Shown in pieces: positions 44,694-49,660 of a stretch of 49,660 nucleotides of DNA. The stretch comes from an uncultured archaeon (GTDB taxonomy: Archaea > Aenigmatarchaeota > Aenigmatarchaeia > CG10238-14), in assembly GCA_964392445.1 (NCBI GenBank), contig CAYMPD010000006.1, forward strand, positions 1 through 49,660. Direction: 5' to 3'. Each line of letters begins with the position of its first letter. Within the stretch, counting starts at the first letter, position 1. A program made the translations under genes and the position numbers. The notes under the pieces were generated by a model that did not search any database, was not told the origin of the DNA, and was given only the letters and a program-made list of their open reading frames with translations.

Positions 44694-46346
44694 TCATTTA
44701 TGTGTAAAGTAGAATCTTAGTTTTTCTTTATTATCCAACCTACAGAAACCAACCCTATAAAACTGAATAATATCATCAACTTTTAACCCTTTAACTTCAG
44801 GTTCGGCTATACCTTTCTTTTTAGTCCCATTATCCATGACAATACTCACGGGAACATTTTCCTCAGAGACCCATTGAATCTTAGGCATTTCTTGAACTAT
44901 TTTATTCCCAGAATACTCAGATTTTTTATCTAGTTTAATATTGAACAACCCAATTAGTCTCACTTCTTGACCTTGATATTTTTCGAAATCTTTTTTGCAT
45001 ATGTAAATTTTATTTGTGTTCACAGGGATAGTTCTATTTCCTCTTTCTGGGCAGTCTGGGTGTAGGGGTTCTTTTGCTTCAGTAACTTCAGGAGAATTAC
45101 TAACAGTAATTTCAAAAGGTCCAAAAATGGCAAAGTATCGGTTAGCTATAGGATCAATCACACTTCTGTTAAAACTTTCAAACTTATCCCATGTTATCAT
45201 AGATTCACTTTTACTTACTCCTGTTGAGACTAGAAAATTTCTGATGGCTTCTGGTTGGAATCCGCGTCTTTTCAATGCCATTAATGTAACTAATCGAGGA
45301 TCATCCCATCCCAATAGTTCACCAGATTGTATTTTCTCTCTTATTTTTCTCCCGGAAGTTTCAACACCTTCTAGTGTAAATCTGGCTATCTCATCTATAT
45401 AAGGAACATGAAGTCCTAGCGATTTCTGAATAAATTCCTGTATTTCTTTTCTCATTTCAAATTCTTTTGACCTTATTCTATGGGTAATTCCTTCCCATGA
45501 ATCCATTAAAGATGTTCCAAAATCGTACATTGGCCAGACTCTGTATTTATTACCAGTTCTCACATGGGGTTTATCTATTATCCTCATTATTGATGGGTCT
45601 CTCATTGCGGCATTTTTATGGGACATTGATATTTTTAGACGAACTGAAGCTTCACCTTCTTTGATTTCTCCTGATAACATTTTTCCCCAGTTTTCGAGAT
45701 TTTCATCCACAGATTCAGTTCTACATCGACATTCAGTCATTTCTCTCCTCTGGATTTTGATATCTTCCGATTTGCAAAAACAGACGTAAGCTTTATTTTT
45801 CTTAATCAATTTCTCAGTTGCTTGGTAATAATCTTCTATGTGATCAGTAATGTGATCAACTTCATCCCATTCTATTTCTAACCATTTCAAACCATCTTTC
45901 ATAGCGTCATAGTACTCCAATTTCGAAAGTTCGGGATTTGTATCTTCGAATCTAAGAATGAATTTACCATCATATTTTTTGGCGTACAGATAGTTGATTA
46001 AAGCGGCTTTGGCATGTCCTATATGAGGATATTTTGAAGGTTCTGGGGGGAATGCAGTAATAACTTCTCTTTCATCTGATTTTGGGAGTTCAGGTAACTC
46101 ATAAGTTTTATCTCCGGACTTTCTCTCAACCTCCAATCCCATTTCTTTAAGTTTTTGCTTCTGTTCTTCTAATGACCAGGAATTAATTTCTCTTATCACT
46201 TCTTTCGTTTCTTTTATAGTACTTTTCATATCTTTTTTGAAATCGGGGTTTTCAGCAATTAGTTTTCCCACTACCGATTTAAGATTAGCTTCTCCTCCGT
46301 ATTCTACCGCATTTAGAAGGACATGTTTGAGTATAGTTTCGTTCAT
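44694..46346 (-). CDS. gltX: Glutamate--tRNA ligase
   Basis: FPPEPSKYPHIGHAKA, LRFEDTNP, DSWEGITH.IR.KE, GWDDPRL, QFYRVGFCRLD. Confidence 0.95.
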   Translation of the reverse strand: MNETILKHVLLNAVEYGGEANLKSVVGKLIAENPDFKKDMKSTIKETKEVIREINSWSLEEQKQKLKEMGLEVERKSGDKTYELPELPKSDEREVITAFPPEPSKYPHIGHAKAALINYLYAKKYDGKFILRFEDTNPELSKLEYYDAMKDGLKWLEIEWDEVDHITDHIEDYYQATEKLIKKNKAYVCFCKSEDIKIQRREMTECRCRTESVDENLENWGKMLSGEIKEGEASVRLKISMSHKNAAMRDPSIMRIIDKPHVRTGNKYRVWPMYDFGTSLMDSWEGITHRIRSKEFEMRKEIQEFIQKSLGLHVPYIDEIARFTLEGVETSGRKIREKIQSGELLGWDDPRLVTLMALKRRGFQPEAIRNFLVSTGVSKSESMITWDKFESFNRSVIDPIANRYFAIFGPFEITVSNSPEVTEAKEPLHPDCPERGNRTIPVNTNKIYICKKDFEKYQGQEVRLIGLFNIKLDKKSEYSGNKIVQEMPKIQWVSEENVPVSIVMDNGTKKKGIAEPEVKGLKVDDIIQFYRVGFCRLDNKEKLRFYFTHK

Positions 46347-46378
46347 ACTTATCTATTGATGTATAAAGAAATAAAGGA

Positions 46379-47212
46379 TTAACTGAAGATAATACTCCCA
46401 TACCCAACAACCTGAACCTTATTCCCAGTCACATCCCCAGAAGTAGCGTATTTCAATAATTTTCCCTTCTTTGAATCAAGCTCTTTAGCAGCAATCATAG
46501 TCGTAGCAATTCCGCCATAACCACAAATACTTGCACTCCTTTCCTGAACTCTATCAAAAAATTCTTCTTCGTCCAATTTAATAATACTTTCAATCACATA
46601 ATTATCCGTATCGTAAGCCTGCTCATAAGGAACATAATGAGAGAAATCTGATGAAGCGATTACAATCCAGTCATTCTTTTCCTTTTTAACCACATCAGCA
46701 ATAACCTTCCCTAGAACCTCACATTCCTCCAGAAAATCAAAAGTCGGGGAATAATTAGTAATAACAATAGGAACAAAACTGAAATCGTCTTCAAACCGGT
46801 ACTGGATGAATGGTAATTGGACTTCAATCGAATGTTCTGGTCTGTGAGAATTAGGATCATTTTTTAACAAAGGACATTTTTTCATTAGTTTTTCGGCTAC
46901 TTCTTCATCAATTTTAACTTCACCCAGAGGAGTTTTCCATTTACCAGAGGTCATTATCGCGTATTTATTCCCCCCAGGTCTGTGATTTGGACCGATGATG
47001 ATATAATTCGCTTTTTTGATCTTAGTATACACATGAGCGGCAATAGGACCAGAATACAGATAACCGGCATGAGGAACTATACAAGCTTTGAAATATTCTT
47101 CATTTATTTCCCCCGGACCTAAATCTCTATGAAAAGATGATTTTATTTGTTTTTTCAATTTTTCAGGTTCTAAATCGTAAAAACTTCCGGCTACTGCTGG
47201 AGGACGGATCAT
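46379..47212 (-). CDS. MEMO1 family protein (AmmeMemoRadiSam system protein B)
   Basis: IRPPAVAGSFY, PHAGYLYSG, GPNH, WKTPLG, EHSIEVQLPF, ASSDFSHY, SICGYG, YATSGD. Confidence 0.92.
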   Translation of the reverse strand: MIRPPAVAGSFYDLEPEKLKKQIKSSFHRDLGPGEINEEYFKACIVPHAGYLYSGPIAAHVYTKIKKANYIIIGPNHRPGGNKYAIMTSGKWKTPLGEVKIDEEVAEKLMKKCPLLKNDPNSHRPEHSIEVQLPFIQYRFEDDFSFVPIVITNYSPTFDFLEECEVLGKVIADVVKKEKNDWIVIASSDFSHYVPYEQAYDTDNYVIESIIKLDEEEFFDRVQERSASICGYGGIATTMIAAKELDSKKGKLLKYATSGDVTGNKVQVVGYGSIIFS

Positions 47213-48640
47213 CTAAACACCTAAAGTCTCCTTTTCGAAGTATTTTCTTAGAAATATACCAAATTTCTTGTTTTTTAGCAGTTTACTTATTTTTTGGTCT
47301 TTCAGTATTTCAAACCCCTCCATTATTTCTGTTGCTATATAACTAGGAATCCCCTTCTCTCTTAATATTTTTTCTTTATCACTTAGACTGTCTTTTAATT
47401 TACCTAAAGCTGATTTCCATTCCCTTTTGACTTCCACACGCCATCTATCATCTCGTATATAGGGTCCATTAATGGCTATATCTTTGTATTTTTTGATGAA
47501 GTCTTTAGAATTCTTCGGATTCCAGACTTTTGGTCCTATTCTTTCATTGATTGCAGGTAATTTTGGAACTTCTAATTCTATTAATATCACACAAGTTTTT
47601 TCCTCATCGCTCCAGTAATCACTTCTGTGTATATGAAACTCATATTCTTTTAGTATATCTTCCAGTCTCCCAGTGGCCTTTCTCAATTGTGGCCAAAGTA
47701 TATCGGGGACAACGTTAGGTTTTTCGAATTTAAGCGCTAATAGTTCCGTTTCCCTCTTTCGAATTAGAATGTCTAACTCCTCTTTATTTACAGTTTCAGG
47801 AATTTTCTTGAAAAATAACTCCTTTTTGGGATTTTTAGTGAACTTTCTTGATACTTTCTTAAATTTATAGAAACTTTCAGGTGAAATGGCCGCTGCCGCA
47901 TTCCTTTTTTTGTCCACGGGATCTATTACAATCAATACCTCGTCCTTGAACTTACTTCTTATTTTTCTATGGTCTTTTTCTTTCCAATGGTTTTCCACGT
48001 CTATTATTTCTTTGACGTTCCACTTATCAACGGCTTTTATTACACTATGAAATCTTCCGTAATTTATGACAAGCAATTCACAAATATACCCGGAGAATCC
48101 TTCAGTTTTTGCATCTGCGCCGTAGATATCATGTGCTTTTAGAAGCGCTTTCAATAACCTAACATCATCGGAAAGTTGTTGCGGAAAATTTTCATCAAGG
48201 TATTTGACATGGAAAGGGGTCCTATCAACAGCTGATTTAATATCTTTGCCTGAATTCACTCTATAACACGGTACTATGTCAATGTCAACATCTTTAACAG
48301 TACCGCGGATATATGGATGTTGCGCATATTCTATTTTCCATACCCCATGCATTTTTTCTATGACACTTTTACCAATTTTTAGACCATATTCTTCTAGTTG
48401 TTCTTCCGTGATGTCAGTAGGAAATATAATAAAAACATCAAATTCATTTTTTGCTGGTAGCCATGTATTCCTAGTTAAGGATCCAGCTATTATTGCTGCT
48501 CCGCGATATTTTCTAGCTTCTTTATTTGTTACTTCAAGTATTTGGCCGCTGAGTTCATTTAATTCCCTTCTTTCCTCTACTGTAGGCTTGATTTCCTTTA
48601 GGACTTCTTTTAGGATAGTTCTCACTTTTTTTGATGGCAT
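47213..48640 (-). CDS. cca: CCA-adding enzyme (archaeal class I)
   Basis: GSLTRNTWL...EFDVF, YAQHPY, DIDIVPCY, AVDRTPFH, GFSGYICELL, DPVD..RNAAAA. Confidence 0.95.
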   Translation of the reverse strand: MPSKKVRTILKEVLKEIKPTVEERRELNELSGQILEVTNKEARKYRGAAIIAGSLTRNTWLPAKNEFDVFIIFPTDITEEQLEEYGLKIGKSVIEKMHGVWKIEYAQHPYIRGTVKDVDIDIVPCYRVNSGKDIKSAVDRTPFHVKYLDENFPQQLSDDVRLLKALLKAHDIYGADAKTEGFSGYICELLVINYGRFHSVIKAVDKWNVKEIIDVENHWKEKDHRKIRSKFKDEVLIVIDPVDKKRNAAAAISPESFYKFKKVSRKFTKNPKKELFFKKIPETVNKEELDILIRKRETELLALKFEKPNVVPDILWPQLRKATGRLEDILKEYEFHIHRSDYWSDEEKTCVILIELEVPKLPAINERIGPKVWNPKNSKDFIKKYKDIAINGPYIRDDRWRVEVKREWKSALGKLKDSLSDKEKILREKGIPSYIATEIMEGFEILKDQKISKLLKNKKFGIFLRKYFEKETLGV

Positions 48641-48752
48641 GTATAATATTGGGTGTTTTTGTATAAAGAAGTTTAGTTTATTAATTATTTTTAATTGGAT
48701 GAATTAAACAAGTTGGAATTATTTATATTAGTAAAAAAATAAAATTTTTTAG

Positions 48753-49610
48753 ATGACAAAGTATCGAGGAAAATTAAGAGAGATTTTGATTTTTGATGAT
48801 TCCGATCAAAATCATTTTAGTGTTATAAGGAACTCAGATCAGATTAGAGAAACTTTATATAAAATATCGTCACATAGGACAAGAGACAACCCAGAGGATG
48901 TTGCAAGGAAATTAAGGGAGGGAACCCATTATGTGGTAGTAGGGGGTAATAGGACCCCTTATAGGTTGCAACTATCCCAATATGCTCCAGATCATGTGGA
49001 ATTTTTGACCCAAGAATATCAAAGAGACCAAGAATTTCCAGAAAGACCTTTAGGAGAAAAAGAGAATTTAATTTATGACATAACTGTAAAAGGTGAAAAA
49101 ACGAAGAGAATCGATTTGAATAACCCTCGATTAGAGAGATTAGTAATCAAAGCAAATCCCCAACCACAAGGTGGAACTAATTTTGGCCCTGATTATCTCT
49201 TAATCGTTGCTGAAAGAAGGCGTAGATATTTAGACGAACCTGATAAACATTTCAGGATTTTTATTGTTGAAGGAAAAGGAGAAAGTGATGATGTTTACGA
49301 AAGTCCAGGATATAACAACAAGGTGGGGCCTCGGGCGAGATTACATGCTCGGGAACTTAGCAGAGAAAGAGACTATTCTGATCGAGAAATAGTACAAGAA
49401 ACGAATGTCCCGGGCGAATTATCAAGACTTTCGGGGGATACGCATCTCAGAGACCTTCAACAGCGAGAAATAGAGGAAAGGGGTATGTCAGGTGGCTATA
49501 GAGTTGGTCACGGGGACTTTAGTCTAGGAGAAGATTTAAAAGGGATATTAGAAAAGGGAGATGCTTTGCATATTGTAGATTCGGATGGGAGAAAATTAAC
49601 AACTAACTAA
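48753..49610 (+). CDS. Orphan protein with a possible PD-(D/E)xK nuclease motif
   Basis: 285-aa open frame; GPDYLLIV...FIVEGKG; Arg-rich composition unlike its neighbours. Confidence 0.5.
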   Translation: MTKYRGKLREILIFDDSDQNHFSVIRNSDQIRETLYKISSHRTRDNPEDVARKLREGTHYVVVGGNRTPYRLQLSQYAPDHVEFLTQEYQRDQEFPERPLGEKENLIYDITVKGEKTKRIDLNNPRLERLVIKANPQPQGGTNFGPDYLLIVAERRRRYLDEPDKHFRIFIVEGKGESDDVYESPGYNNKVGPRARLHARELSRERDYSDREIVQETNVPGELSRLSGDTHLRDLQQREIEERGMSGGYRVGHGDFSLGEDLKGILEKGDALHIVDSDGRKLTTN

Positions 49611-49660
49611 AGTTTTGCGTTTTTAACGTTAATTATTTGTTTTAGGAATAAGAATACTAT

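Noticed and set aside
1-49660. CRISPR array, rRNA or transposase
   Set aside because: No regularly spaced repeats, rRNA-like sequence or transposase motifs were seen; the only clear mobile element is the RadA intein.

Overview
AT-rich archaeal chromosome segment, most consistent with a DPANN lineage (Aenigmarchaeota-like; this placement is inferred from gene content and style, not from a search). 1-18.3 kb: surface-glycosylation locus ending in aglB, with GT2/GT4/GT-C transferases, an SMR-type flippase, CDP-sugar enzymes and a B12-domain radical SAM enzyme; the YfhO-like GT-C gene is broken by one in-frame TGA. 18.3-22.5 kb: 1404-aa secreted C25-like protein. 22.6-29.6 kb: chromatin/repair cluster (histone, PRC-barrel, RPA, intein-containing RadA, acidic HExxH protein, HAD hydrolase, EndoQ). 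29.6-33.4 kb: tRNA-Val, then a lipobox protein / Lit-like / DUF63 trio that looks like an archaeal lipoprotein-maturation locus. 33.4-48.6 kb: translation and RNA-processing genes (pelota, an atypical EndA, ribosomal proteins, Rpo3, GluRS, MEMO1, CCA enzyme) and three intron-containing tRNAs, two of which carry two introns at non-canonical positions. Also present: a 320-bp insertion flanked by 15-bp direct repeats, several small genes missed by the ORF track, and a terminal orphan with a PD-(D/E)xK-like motif. No CRISPR array, rRNA or transposase was seen.
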